Source: Nitrososphaerota archaeon
GTDB taxonomy: Archaea > Thermoproteota > Nitrososphaeria_A > Caldarchaeales > Caldarchaeaceae
DNA: 64,000 bases
Direction: 5' to 3'
Assembly: GCA_041641305.1 (NCBI GenBank)
Contig: JBEPYN010000001.1
Span: 608,001 to 672,000 of the forward strand
Position 1 is the stretch's first letter, and each line of letters begins with the position of its first letter. The notes below the pieces were generated by a model. It had not been told where the DNA came from and made no database searches. It worked only from the letters and a program-made list of their open reading frames with translations. This document shows positions 37,635 through 47,212 of the stretch, in pieces. A program made the translations under genes and the position numbers.

Positions 37635-38459
37635 GTGAAGTACTTGGGTTTCCGCGTAGCGGTCATACAGCCAAAGACGACAAACAGCTTTGAGAAAAAC
37701 CTCGAGAAGATCAAAGCTTTCTTGGAGAAAGTTTCCACGTTGGAGCCGGATCTTGTTGTGCTGCCTGAGGCATGGGAGCATTCTAACATTTTTTCAGCGG
37801 CTTATATGTTGGCTGAGCGTGAGAGGCATGTTATCGATGTTCTGGCCAAACATGCCGTGGAGATGGGTGCTGTGATTGTGGGCGGAGGATTGGTTGTTTA
37901 TAGACGTGATGGGCTGAGAATGGCCGCACCCATTATAGGGCCTGACGGCTCAGTCATGGGTTGGCAGGAGAAAATTCATCTTCACAGGTCTGAGCAGCAC
38001 TTGTTTAGAAGAGGGGAAAGGGTTGAAGTTTTTTGGCACAAGGGTATATGTTTCGGTGTCCAGATATGTGTTGACGTCGCTTTCCCCGAGCTTTCGCGGA
38101 TAATGGCGCTACGTGGTGCAGAGCTAATTGTAAATCCTTCACGTATGCCGTCCAGTGCTGTTAAACCATGGCATAACTACTTGCGTGCAAGGTGTCTCGA
38201 GAACCGTGTAGCCGCCGCTGGGGCGAATGTGTGGACGATTTCAGGCGGCTCGGTCATCATGGATCTCGTCAAAGTCGGTGGATCCATTTTCCATGTCAAG
38301 GAGCATGTTGCGCCAGATGGTGAAGTGGTTTTTGTGGAAGAATTGGAGCCGGAGAAACTTCGTACACCGCGTATGGAAAGGCTGTCTTCACGTATTCCCA
38401 CCCTCTACACAGAGCTTATTCATAGAGGGCAAACCATATTTTCCAGCGGAGAAGAGTGA
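37635..38459 (+). CDS. Carbon-nitrogen hydrolase (nitrilase/amidase family)
   Basis: E-K-C triad: LPE, KIHL, ICVD..FPE. Confidence 0.9.
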   Translation: MKYLGFRVAVIQPKTTNSFEKNLEKIKAFLEKVSTLEPDLVVLPEAWEHSNIFSAAYMLAERERHVIDVLAKHAVEMGAVIVGGGLVVYRRDGLRMAAPIIGPDGSVMGWQEKIHLHRSEQHLFRRGERVEVFWHKGICFGVQICVDVAFPELSRIMALRGAELIVNPSRMPSSAVKPWHNYLRARCLENRVAAAGANVWTISGGSVIMDLVKVGGSIFHVKEHVAPDGEVVFVEELEPEKLRTPRMERLSSRIPTLYTELIHRGQTIFSSGEE

Positions 38460-39490
38460 GCCTCGGCATGAAGGCGGTTGTTGTCGAGCGTCAGGGTGGT
38501 CCCGAGGTTCTCCGCGTCAAGGAAGTCGTGGAGAAAAGCCCGGGACGGGGCGAGGTTTTGGTGAAGCTTGAAGCCTCTGGGATGAATAGGATAGACATCT
38601 GGGTGCGGAGCGGTGTTTACAAGGTTCCGCTTCCGCGTATAATTGGAGTCGATGGAGCGGGTTTGGTGGAGGAGGTTGGGGAAGAGGTTACAGGAATTGC
38701 TAAAGGTGATAGAGTGTTGATCAATCCAGCCCTCACCTGCGGCACATGCCGTTTCTGCCAACGCGGATGGGACTCGCTATGCGAAAACCACAGATTCCTC
38801 GGACACGGAGCAGATGGTACCTACGCCGAGAAAATAACGCTGCCCGCGGGCAACCTCTACAAAATACCTGAAGAGCTGAGCACGACGCAGGCTGGATGCA
38901 TAATGGTCACCTATGCGACTGCTTGGCATGCCCTCGTGACAAGGTCCGGTGTACTACCGGGCTCAACGGTCCTGGTCATAGGCGGAGGTAGCGGCGTCGG
39001 AATATCCGCCATACAGATATGCAAGCTCCTCGGCTGCACGGTCATAACAACCGTGGGAGAGGATTGGAAGGTGGAAAAAGCCTACAGACTTGGCGCGGAC
39101 TACGTGGTTAACCGTCGTAAACAGAGTGTCAGCGGGGCTGTGATGGAGTTTACACGCGGCCTGGGTGTGGACGTGGTGCTGGAGCACGCGGGACAGGCTG
39201 TTTGGGAGGAGGCTGTTAAAAGCCTCGCACCGGGCGGGAAAATGGTTTACCTCGGCGCCACATCAGGCGAAAACGCGTCGGTCAACATACGCTACACATA
39301 CAGGCGGCAGATAAGCCTGCTCGGCAGCTACGGATGGAACAAACACGAAATACCCCAGGTTCTCCGGCTCTTCGAGACAGGGAAACTCCGGCCCGTGATA
39401 CATACAACCTTCCCCCTCACCGAAGCCCAGGAAGCCCACAAACTCATGGAATCAGACAACTTCTTCGGAAAAATAGTCCTACTACCTTGA
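38456..39490 (+). CDS. Zn-binding MDR alcohol dehydrogenase / quinone oxidoreductase
   Basis: N..D, structural Zn CGTCRFC...C, GGGSGVG. Confidence 0.88.
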   Translation: MSLGMKAVVVERQGGPEVLRVKEVVEKSPGRGEVLVKLEASGMNRIDIWVRSGVYKVPLPRIIGVDGAGLVEEVGEEVTGIAKGDRVLINPALTCGTCRFCQRGWDSLCENHRFLGHGADGTYAEKITLPAGNLYKIPEELSTTQAGCIMVTYATAWHALVTRSGVLPGSTVLVIGGGSGVGISAIQICKLLGCTVITTVGEDWKVEKAYRLGADYVVNRRKQSVSGAVMEFTRGLGVDVVLEHAGQAVWEEAVKSLAPGGKMVYLGATSGENASVNIRYTYRRQISLLGSYGWNKHEIPQVLRLFETGKLRPVIHTTFPLTEAQEAHKLMESDNFFGKIVLLP

Positions 39491-40311
39491 AGACATTAGA
39501 ACTCGTAGAAGCTCTGAAGAAGGAGAGACAGAAAGGCTCAACAGCCCTCGCAGAAACCGTCCTCAACATTTACAGAACACTCGCCAAAGAGAGCAGCAAC
39601 CTCTCCGAGGACCTTCCAAAATACGCGGCGATAATCGAGGCCGCGAGACCAGCCATGCCTCTCGTTAAACGGTTTAGCCGCGAAGTTCTCCGCAGGATAA
39701 GCAGCCCCTCCACAGACGAGGTTTTGAAAGCTGTTGAAGATGTTGAGAAAACCTATCGCGAAATGTTAAACAGTCTCGTCGAACAAGCTGTCAAAAAACT
39801 CTCAGACATAGGCTCGGTCACAACGATGAGCCACAGCGGAACCGTCCGCTCAATTTTGTCGAGGCTGGAGGGCCTGCGTAGGGTGAACGTGCTCGAGTCG
39901 AGGCCTCTCCGCGAAGGGGTTTTGATGGCTAAGGTTCTTGGAGAGGTTTGCGAGGTTCGGGTTTATGTCGACGCAGCGGCGGCGTATGCGCTTGAACGTT
40001 CTGATGCCGTGGTTGTGGGCGCCGACGCCCTGTACTCCGACGGCTCCTTCTCTGCGAAGGTTGGTGTGAAGCCGCTCGCCGCATCCGCCAAGCTCTTGGG
40101 AAAACCTTTCCATGTCGCAGCCGACTCGTGGAAGCTCGCCGAAGAGTTTGTCAACGAGGAAGGGCCCTCAGCCGACGTTGATGATCAGCTGCCTGCCGAA
40201 AACCCTATTTTCGAGAAAGTTCCGCCAGATCTTGTGGACACTTATCTGACAGACTTGGGTGTGCTCACGTCATCCGAGTTGGTGGAGTGCTTGTTGCAGT
40301 CTGGGAATTGA
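39487..40311 (+). CDS. eIF2B-family (IF-2B) protein lacking the catalytic Cys
   Basis: RPAM, TMSHSGTV, ESRP..EG, VGAD, K.G, NP.FE; TTG start overlapping the upstream stop. Confidence 0.85.
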   Translation: MKTLELVEALKKERQKGSTALAETVLNIYRTLAKESSNLSEDLPKYAAIIEAARPAMPLVKRFSREVLRRISSPSTDEVLKAVEDVEKTYREMLNSLVEQAVKKLSDIGSVTTMSHSGTVRSILSRLEGLRRVNVLESRPLREGVLMAKVLGEVCEVRVYVDAAAAYALERSDAVVVGADALYSDGSFSAKVGVKPLAASAKLLGKPFHVAADSWKLAEEFVNEEGPSADVDDQLPAENPIFEKVPPDLVDTYLTDLGVLTSSELVECLLQSGN

Positions 40312-40355
40312 TCGGGAAAACCATTAATAGGCCGCTAAAGTGGGTGAAAACAAGC

Positions 40356-41192
40356 ATGGCGGCTGTTGAGCATGAGGAACATCATCACGAGGGCAGTCTA
40401 TGGCCTGCGGTAATCGGCATCTCAACAATAATCCTGATCGCCGGCCTCGTCATTATCCTGAAGAACATCAACTTCGTGCTGGGGGCTGGGCTGGTACTGG
40501 TATTCATCGCTGTTTTAACCGCCTTCGTCGCGAAAGAGGTCAAGTCATGGCCCAACGTGATTGCGAGCTTTTTCGCAAGGCTCAGGGGCACGGCCATACC
40601 GGCTGAGCCTGAGAAAGTGGGCGGCGTCGGCTTCCCCACAGCCGTCTTCCTCTTCACAGAGGTCGCGCTATTCGCAGCAGGCTTCAGCAGCTACTTCGTC
40701 ATAAGACTATCGTTCCCGGTGTGGCCTCCGCCCGGCACCCCACATCTCGACGACTTCATACCACGTCTCCAAACCTTCATGCTCCTCTTCAGCAGCCTCG
40801 CCATCGAATACGCGGTCTACTCTGTTAAAAGAGACCGGCTCGGCGCTGTTCTCGGCGGAGTAGTGGCCACAGCCCTTTTCGGCTTAGGTTTTCTCGTGCT
40901 AAAGCTGGGTGTCGAGTGGCCACATCTACTGTTCGACGTAGGCTTTACACCTGACACAGGGATTTACGCGTCCATGTTCTACATTCTTCTCGGTGCACAT
41001 GGGGCACATGTGCTGGGCGGTGTTCTCGCCCTCGGCGTAGTGGCGTGGCGGGCCAAGCTCCGCCAATTCAGCTCCACAAGCTACGGTCTTCTCGAAAGCG
41101 TCAGCATCTATTGGCACTTCGTCCACCTCGTCTGGCTCCTACTCTTCGCATTCATATACGAGGGCGCCCTAACGTGGGCGGTGCATACATGA
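40356..41192 (+). CDS. coxC: Heme-copper oxidase subunit III
   Basis: HHH..SLWP, FLFTE..LF, WPP, LL.SS, HGAHV, YWHFV..VW. Confidence 0.92.
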   Translation: MAAVEHEEHHHEGSLWPAVIGISTIILIAGLVIILKNINFVLGAGLVLVFIAVLTAFVAKEVKSWPNVIASFFARLRGTAIPAEPEKVGGVGFPTAVFLFTEVALFAAGFSSYFVIRLSFPVWPPPGTPHLDDFIPRLQTFMLLFSSLAIEYAVYSVKRDRLGAVLGGVVATALFGLGFLVLKLGVEWPHLLFDVGFTPDTGIYASMFYILLGAHGAHVLGGVLALGVVAWRAKLRQFSSTSYGLLESVSIYWHFVHLVWLLLFAFIYEGALTWAVHT

Positions 41193-41201
41193 GGTGAGAG
41201 C

Positions 41202-41708
41202 ATGAGCCGGTTGACCTCAACACATTTCGGCGTCTTCGTTATCTTCGCAGCCATATACGCGGCGGGGACGCTTGCGTTGGGCAACCTCCCCCTCGGCCAG
41301 CTGCAGGTCAAGACCGGGGAGATCATGACACCCCTCGTGGCCTTGTTCGGCTTAGCCTCTGTGCTGGGCCTCGCCTTCGGACAATTCATCGCCAACATGG
41401 CCTCTCCACTCGGCCCCCTCGACCTAATCACCCCAGCCATATCACTCGGCGCCCTTCTCGTCCTCCGCACATTGGCTAAGAGGTCAATACTCCTCGGAGT
41501 AGCCGCCTACTACCTGATCTCATCCATCTGGCTGAGCCTACTCACCTCTATTGTCACGGGAAGAAGCGACGCATTCATCACATCTTTCGCGAGACAGGGC
41601 ATCGCCATGATCATCGGCCTCGCAATATACTACGTTGTCAGAAGCAGGATGCCGCCGCAGACAGCGAAGCTGGAGCAGGCTCAGACAACCGAGGCCTCCA
41701 GCAGCTAG
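41202..41708 (+). CDS. QueT-family membrane protein (putative preQ0/preQ1 transporter)
   Basis: AAIYAA, GQLQ.K.GE, G.FIAN..SPLG..D. Confidence 0.7.
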   Translation: MSRLTSTHFGVFVIFAAIYAAGTLALGNLPLGQLQVKTGEIMTPLVALFGLASVLGLAFGQFIANMASPLGPLDLITPAISLGALLVLRTLAKRSILLGVAAYYLISSIWLSLLTSIVTGRSDAFITSFARQGIAMIIGLAIYYVVRSRMPPQTAKLEQAQTTEASSS

Positions 41709-41747
41709 GGGACACAGCTTTATTATTCATCAGGTTCACCGGCCTGC

Positions 41748-42344
41748 ATGGAGGCCGAGGTCTTTCTGGAGCTTCTCAAGGCTATAGTGTCTCTGTTCAT
41801 CATAGTTGACCCGGTAGGTGTCCTGCCGTTTGTCGTCTCGCTGACCGGCGGCCTCTCAACCCATGAGAGGAGGAGGCTGGTCGACCGCTCTGTTGTCGCT
41901 GGAACTTTTCTGCTTCTGGTTTTCTCCATAGGGGGACAGGGTCTGCTCTGGGTTCTCGGCATAGAGTTGCCGAGCTTCACGGTGGCCGGCGGACTTTTGC
42001 TGCTTATTCTCGCTTTGCGCATTCTTGTTCAGGGTGGAGAGGGATGGGGTACACAGGGGAAGACATCGGGCGTGTTTCCGATCGCTTTCCCGCTTCTCGC
42101 GGGGCCCGGCGCCATAACTACGGTCATCTTCTCCATCAACTCCCTCGGCATCCTCTTCTCGGTAATAACCGTCCTCATCGTCATGGGACTGACCTGGCTA
42201 ATTCTCCGCAGCATAGAGCCAGTGCTCAGGGCGATTGGGGAAAGCGGCGCCGACGCCGTAGCCCGCATAATGTCCGTCTTCGTGGCGGCTATTGGTGTTC
42301 AGTACATCGTCTCAGGTCTCGCTGAGATGTCTTCACTCTTTTAG
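41748..42344 (+). CDS. MarC family membrane protein
   Basis: LF.IVDP.G, AGG.LL, FPIAFPLLAGPGAI, R.M. Confidence 0.92.
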   Translation: MEAEVFLELLKAIVSLFIIVDPVGVLPFVVSLTGGLSTHERRRLVDRSVVAGTFLLLVFSIGGQGLLWVLGIELPSFTVAGGLLLLILALRILVQGGEGWGTQGKTSGVFPIAFPLLAGPGAITTVIFSINSLGILFSVITVLIVMGLTWLILRSIEPVLRAIGESGADAVARIMSVFVAAIGVQYIVSGLAEMSSLF

Positions 42345-42809
42345 CAGCACGCAGAGTGCTTCTCCGCCTTTCTGAATTTTTTCAACGAGTTTGAACCCCT
42401 GTGTGGCCAGTAGTTTATCCAGCTCGGTTTCCTGAAGTCCTCGCCGCCTCAGGAAGCTTCTGACACGTGTGACCACCACGAGTTTTCCGCCCTGTCTGAG
42501 CAGCCGTCTCGCCTCGGTCATGAAAGCACGCTTGTTCAAAGCCTTCTCGAGACTGTGGAGAGCGAGGACCGTGTCAAAGCTTGTGGAGGGCAGCTCGACC
42601 AACCGCTCGATAACCCGTGTGTAAACAGGTGTGATTTTGACGCCGGCGCTGTTTGTCGCGAGTTTTTGGAGAGCTTGGCTGTCGTCATCCGCTACATGTG
42701 CCTCGGAAAGACCCAGCCATTTAACGAGGTCCGCGGCCATGCCTGCTCCGCCGATTATCAATACTTTTCCGCCGACACCTGTTTTTGCCAGAGCCTCGAC
42801 GAGGGTCAT
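42333..42809 (-). CDS. Class I SAM-methyltransferase-like protein, degenerate motif I
   Basis: SFDTV, E..RLLR.GG.LVV. Confidence 0.6.
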   Translation of the reverse strand: MTLVEALAKTGVGGKVLIIGGAGMAADLVKWLGLSEAHVADDDSQALQKLATNSAGVKITPVYTRVIERLVELPSTSFDTVLALHSLEKALNKRAFMTEARRLLRQGGKLVVVTRVRSFLRRRGLQETELDKLLATQGFKLVEKIQKGGEALCVLLKE

Positions 42810-44305
42810 TCTCCCAGCACCAGCCTATAATACGGCCTCATAGAGCCTTGCTGGGCGTCGACGTAAACGCCTTTGGGCTCGAGGTAGTGTTCTATGGCGA
42901 GGACCGTGTTGTTTCGTCCGATGCCCGACTGTTTGAACCCTCCCCAAGGCATTTCTGCGGGAAGAGTGTAGTAGGTGTTTATCCACACGGCGCCAGCCTT
43001 CACCCTAGATGCAACTCTCATAGCCCGGCCGGGGTCGCTGCTCCACACACCGGCCGCGAGACCGTAGATTGTGGCGTTGGCTTGTTCCACAGCCTCGTCC
43101 TCGTTACTGAACTCGGTCACCGTCAAAACTGGTCCGAAGATCTCCTCTTGAAAGAGCCTGCTCTCCGGCGGCGTGTCATCTATCACAGTCGGCTGCATAT
43201 AGTTTCCATTAGCGTAGAAGCCTTCGGCCAACCTTTCACCGCCGTGAACAATTTTCAGCCCCTCTGAAGCCGCTGCGCCAACGTATTCGAGAACAGTTTC
43301 GAGCTGGCCCCTGCTCACCAAGGGCCCCATGTCACTCCGCTCATCCAGCTGGTAGCCGACGCGCATCCGCTTCACACGTTCAACAACCATCTGCACAAAC
43401 TGTTTCTTAACCTTGCTGTGAACAAGTAGACGTGAACCCGCTGCACAAGACTCGCCGTTGTTGGCGTAAGCACCGTACACCACGGCGTTGGCAGCTCTCT
43501 CAAGGTCTGCGTCATCAAAAACTATGTTCGGGTTCTTTCCACCCAATTCTAGAACAACTCTCTTGAGATGAGAGGATGCTTTCTGCATAATGTTCTTTCC
43601 CACAGATGTTGAGCCGGTGAAGTTCACCAAGTCAACCTTCTCACTCTTCAAAAGCTTATCACCCACCGTCTCCCCTCCTCCGGTGACAACGTTGAAAACA
43701 CCTTTCGGTGCCCCGGCTTTGTCCAATATCTTGGCCAGCTCAAGGGCTGTGGCTGGTGTGAGAGATGATGGTTTCGCGACTACGGTGCAGCCTACGGCGA
43801 GTGCGGGCGCCACCTGCCTACACAGTATGACGAGTGGGAAGTTCCACGGCACGATTGCGGCGACGACTCCGACCGGTTGCTTAACTATGGAGACGATGTC
43901 CCCTGTTCTAAGTATCTGGCTTGTTCCGAGAACTTTGTCAGCCAATCCGGCGTAGTATTCGAGGAGCTCCGCGGCTCTCGGAATGTCGCTCATCCGGCTT
44001 GTGCGTATTGTTTTTCCGACGAAGAGGCTTTCCATCCTTGCGAGGTTGTCGAGGCTCTGACGTAGAAGCTCAGCCGCCTTCAACAGGACACGCATCCTCA
44101 TCCTATAGTCGGACACCCATCCTCCAACATCTCTGTCAAAGGCCCTACGAGCCGCGTCAACAGCCGCACCAACATCCTCAACCCCGTCGGCGACAAGCCC
44201 TATGACGTTAGACTCGTCACCCGGGTCACGTCGCTCCAAATATTTCCCCGAAGAGGGCGGCACCTCCTCACCGTCAACAAACAGGTTTATCTTCAAGACA
44301 AGCAT
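42806..44305 (-). CDS. NAD(P)-dependent aldehyde dehydrogenase
   Basis: PWNFP, FTGST, LELGGKNP, GESC.AGSR, EEIFGPV; start set at MLVLKIN. Confidence 0.95.
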   Translation of the reverse strand: MLVLKINLFVDGEEVPPSSGKYLERRDPGDESNVIGLVADGVEDVGAAVDAARRAFDRDVGGWVSDYRMRMRVLLKAAELLRQSLDNLARMESLFVGKTIRTSRMSDIPRAAELLEYYAGLADKVLGTSQILRTGDIVSIVKQPVGVVAAIVPWNFPLVILCRQVAPALAVGCTVVAKPSSLTPATALELAKILDKAGAPKGVFNVVTGGGETVGDKLLKSEKVDLVNFTGSTSVGKNIMQKASSHLKRVVLELGGKNPNIVFDDADLERAANAVVYGAYANNGESCAAGSRLLVHSKVKKQFVQMVVERVKRMRVGYQLDERSDMGPLVSRGQLETVLEYVGAAASEGLKIVHGGERLAEGFYANGNYMQPTVIDDTPPESRLFQEEIFGPVLTVTEFSNEDEAVEQANATIYGLAAGVWSSDPGRAMRVASRVKAGAVWINTYYTLPAEMPWGGFKQSGIGRNNTVLAIEHYLEPKGVYVDAQQGSMRPYYRLVLGE

Positions 44306-44350
44306 GAGAAGAGGACGGCGGGCTTTATGGTTTTTTAAAATGTGGGAAGC

Positions 44351-45565
44351 ATGTTTAACGGGATGGAGGCCGCCATCGTAATCCATCATTCTGAAATAGC
44401 TTTGAAGGGTAGGAAACGCGGATATTTTGAGACAAAGCTAGTGGATAACATCAAGTATGTGCTTGGACGGGGGACGCCTGTTTTCAGGGATGAGAATAGG
44501 CTCGTAATCATGCCTTTCACGGGAGACGGCGGAGAAACTGTTGAGAAGCTGCGGAAAATCTTCGGGATACACAACGTCGGAGTAGGTGTCAGGGTGGAGC
44601 CTACGGTGGATGAGATAGAGAAGGCTGTCCACCATGTTGTTGAGAAGGAGCAGCTGACATCGCTCTGGCTGGAGGTCAAAAGGTCATACAAAGGCCATCC
44701 CTTCACATCACAGGAACTGCACAAGACACTTGTCTCTAACTTGGTTCAGCACGGTCTTCAGATATCAAAGAACTCTGGACACATGATGCGGGTTGAGGTC
44801 ACCGAGAAAAACGCCTATGTCTATGCACATATCGTCAAGGGCTTCGGGGGCCTGCCTGTCGACAGCAGCGGCAGAGTGCTCGCTCTGCTGTCGGGCGGAG
44901 TGGATTCGGCGGTTGCCTCGCTTCTACTCATGAAACGCGGCTGCCGCGTCGATTTCCTCCACCTACACAGCTACAGAACATCAGATGAGGCGGTAAAAGA
45001 GAAGATAGGCGCGGTCGTTGAGAAACTCACGGAATACAACCTCAAATCCATCCTATACACAGCGAGCTTCACACCCTTCTACAAACATGTCTGGGATAAG
45101 AAGACAAGGCAGGAAATTGTTCTTTTCCGTCGCTATCTCCTAAGAGTCGCCGAAGAAATCGCGTTGTCCCATGGATACCGGGCGCTGGTGCTTGGCGATA
45201 GCCTCGCACAAGTGGCTTCACAAACCCTCCCAAACATATCCGCCGTCGGTCAGCCGCGAATACCGATATTCAGGCCACTCATAGGACTTGACAAGGCAGA
45301 GATAATCGAGTTGGCGGAGAAATATGGCATCTTCGAGACGGTGTCAAAACCATACAAGGACTGCTGCTCAATCATAGCACGTCATCCAGCCACCAAGACA
45401 GACAGCCGCCGCGTCGAAAAGGAGTGGCAGCTTTTTGGATTGGATGCGGCTGTTGAGCAGACCCTTCAAGAGATAGAGGTTTACAGATGCACATTAAGAG
45501 CAGGGCTTCACAAACTTTCTCCACAGCCCGTAAAGGATGTGGTTACGGAAAACCATAACCCATAA
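44351..45565 (+). CDS. thiI: tRNA 4-thiouridine synthase (THUMP plus PP-loop, no rhodanese domain)
   Basis: EIALKG, GGLP, LLSGGVDS, GDSLAQVASQT, RPL, DCC. Confidence 0.93.
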   Translation: MFNGMEAAIVIHHSEIALKGRKRGYFETKLVDNIKYVLGRGTPVFRDENRLVIMPFTGDGGETVEKLRKIFGIHNVGVGVRVEPTVDEIEKAVHHVVEKEQLTSLWLEVKRSYKGHPFTSQELHKTLVSNLVQHGLQISKNSGHMMRVEVTEKNAYVYAHIVKGFGGLPVDSSGRVLALLSGGVDSAVASLLLMKRGCRVDFLHLHSYRTSDEAVKEKIGAVVEKLTEYNLKSILYTASFTPFYKHVWDKKTRQEIVLFRRYLLRVAEEIALSHGYRALVLGDSLAQVASQTLPNISAVGQPRIPIFRPLIGLDKAEIIELAEKYGIFETVSKPYKDCCSIIARHPATKTDSRRVEKEWQLFGLDAAVEQTLQEIEVYRCTLRAGLHKLSPQPVKDVVTENHNP

Positions 45566-45589
45566 TTTTCCCCCATCGGTTTAGAGCCT

Positions 45590-47119
45590 GTGAAAAACAT
45601 CGAAATAACCGAGGCCATCAACTACCACGAATCCACGAAACACAGCTACGTCAGCGTCAGAACAGGCGGCCACGTGCTTGACTGGGACAACAAGCCCCAT
45701 TCCTTCAAAATCTATGAAGACCTTCCGAAAACACCTCTGCCCAAAGACATACCGTTGCCCATGAAACCCGTCTTCGCATCATACACATCTAAGCCGTCGT
45801 CGGAGAAAAGCCTCGACCTCAAAACCCTCGCCTCAATACTCTACTTCACAGGAGGCATTACACGGGTCGTCGAATACGGCTGGGAAACGGTCTACTTTCG
45901 AGCAGCCCCTGCCACGGGCGCCCTCTACCCAATTGAGCTATATCTCGTCGCCGGAGATGTTGAGGGGATTGAGCCGGGCGTATACCACTTTGACGCCCGA
46001 ACCTTTTGCCTCACAGAGCTGAGGCGAGGAGACTTCAGAGGATTCCTCGCAAAATACTCAGACCATTCCGTTGCTAATTGTTCGGCGGCGGTTGTCTTCA
46101 CATCGATTGGGTGGCGGAATGCATGGAAATATCGTGAAAGGTCTTACAGGCACTGGTTCTGGGACTCGGGCGTTATGGCGGCTAACGTGCTGCTTACATG
46201 TAATTCTTTCGACCTCCGTTGCAGGTTGCTGACTGGTTTTGTTGACAGTGAGGTGAATATGCTGCTTGGTGTAGATGGTGTGAGAGAGGCCGCTGTCATC
46301 GTGGCCCCTCTTGGCTACAGCGAAAAACCCCCTGGCGAAACGAGGCCGGATGTGATTGAGCCGAAGACAAGGCCCTTGTCAAGACATGAGAAACGCTATC
46401 CACTTATCGAGAGAATTCATGAGGCATCGTGCCTGCATAGCGTCGCGGAGCTTCGAGACTGGTTGGCGGCAGCAGCCGAGCCAACATCTCTTCCCAAGCC
46501 TCGTGAACATGGAAAAGAACTCAACCCATCGGCCGAGGATGGCCCCCCGCTGTGGGAGACCATTCTCCGACGCGGGTCAACGAGAAAATTCAGCAGAACA
46601 CCGATAATCTATGACGCGTTGTCAACAATTGTGAAGAAAGCCTCTGTCCAGGTTCCAACGGATTACCGCGGCCCGGTTGTCTCACTTTTCGCGATTATCA
46701 ACTCTGTTGAGGGGGTGGAGCCTGGGGCCTACATAGTTTCCGATGAAAAACTCGTCGTTGTCAAGAAGGGTGAGTTTAGGAGGGTGAGCGGCTACCTATG
46801 TCTTGAACAGAGGCTTGGCGAGGATGCGGCCGTTGTGTTCTTCCCCATGGCGCCTCTCATGAACCTTCTGCATAGGATGGGTAACCGAGGATACCGCGTC
46901 GCCCAGCTAGAAGGCGGGATAAGAGCTGGCCTCATATATCTCGCCTCATACGGACTTGGAATAGGCGCTACAGGCCTGACCTTCTACGACGACGACGTAA
47001 AACAATTCTTCACACCATTCTCCGAGGAACTCGAGAACATCATAGTGGTGGCCGCCGGAAACCCGGCGTACCGCGCCAAAAGCGGCAAACTCATCCTCGG
47101 TGTAGAAAATTGTCTATAA
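45590..47119 (+). CDS. SagB/ThcOx-family FMN dehydrogenase with two nitroreductase domains
   Basis: YHE.TKH, RAAPATGALYP, WKYRERSYR; second domain RGSTRKF...RGYR. Confidence 0.85.
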   Translation: MKNIEITEAINYHESTKHSYVSVRTGGHVLDWDNKPHSFKIYEDLPKTPLPKDIPLPMKPVFASYTSKPSSEKSLDLKTLASILYFTGGITRVVEYGWETVYFRAAPATGALYPIELYLVAGDVEGIEPGVYHFDARTFCLTELRRGDFRGFLAKYSDHSVANCSAAVVFTSIGWRNAWKYRERSYRHWFWDSGVMAANVLLTCNSFDLRCRLLTGFVDSEVNMLLGVDGVREAAVIVAPLGYSEKPPGETRPDVIEPKTRPLSRHEKRYPLIERIHEASCLHSVAELRDWLAAAAEPTSLPKPREHGKELNPSAEDGPPLWETILRRGSTRKFSRTPIIYDALSTIVKKASVQVPTDYRGPVVSLFAIINSVEGVEPGAYIVSDEKLVVVKKGEFRRVSGYLCLEQRLGEDAAVVFFPMAPLMNLLHRMGNRGYRVAQLEGGIRAGLIYLASYGLGIGATGLTFYDDDVKQFFTPFSEELENIIVVAAGNPAYRAKSGKLILGVENCL

Positions 47120-47212
47120 ACATGCTAATGCTCATTATTATAATTTACGTGTATGTATTTTCTTACGAAATGATGAAATATATTTATGATAGTGTTTTGA
47201 AAAAACCCTGAA

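Noticed and set aside
47170-47211. ATGATGA...CTGA resembling a box C/D sRNA
   Set aside because: Only 42 nt, with AT-rich would-be guides and no clear C'/D' boxes. It overlaps the TATA region of the PhoU gene.
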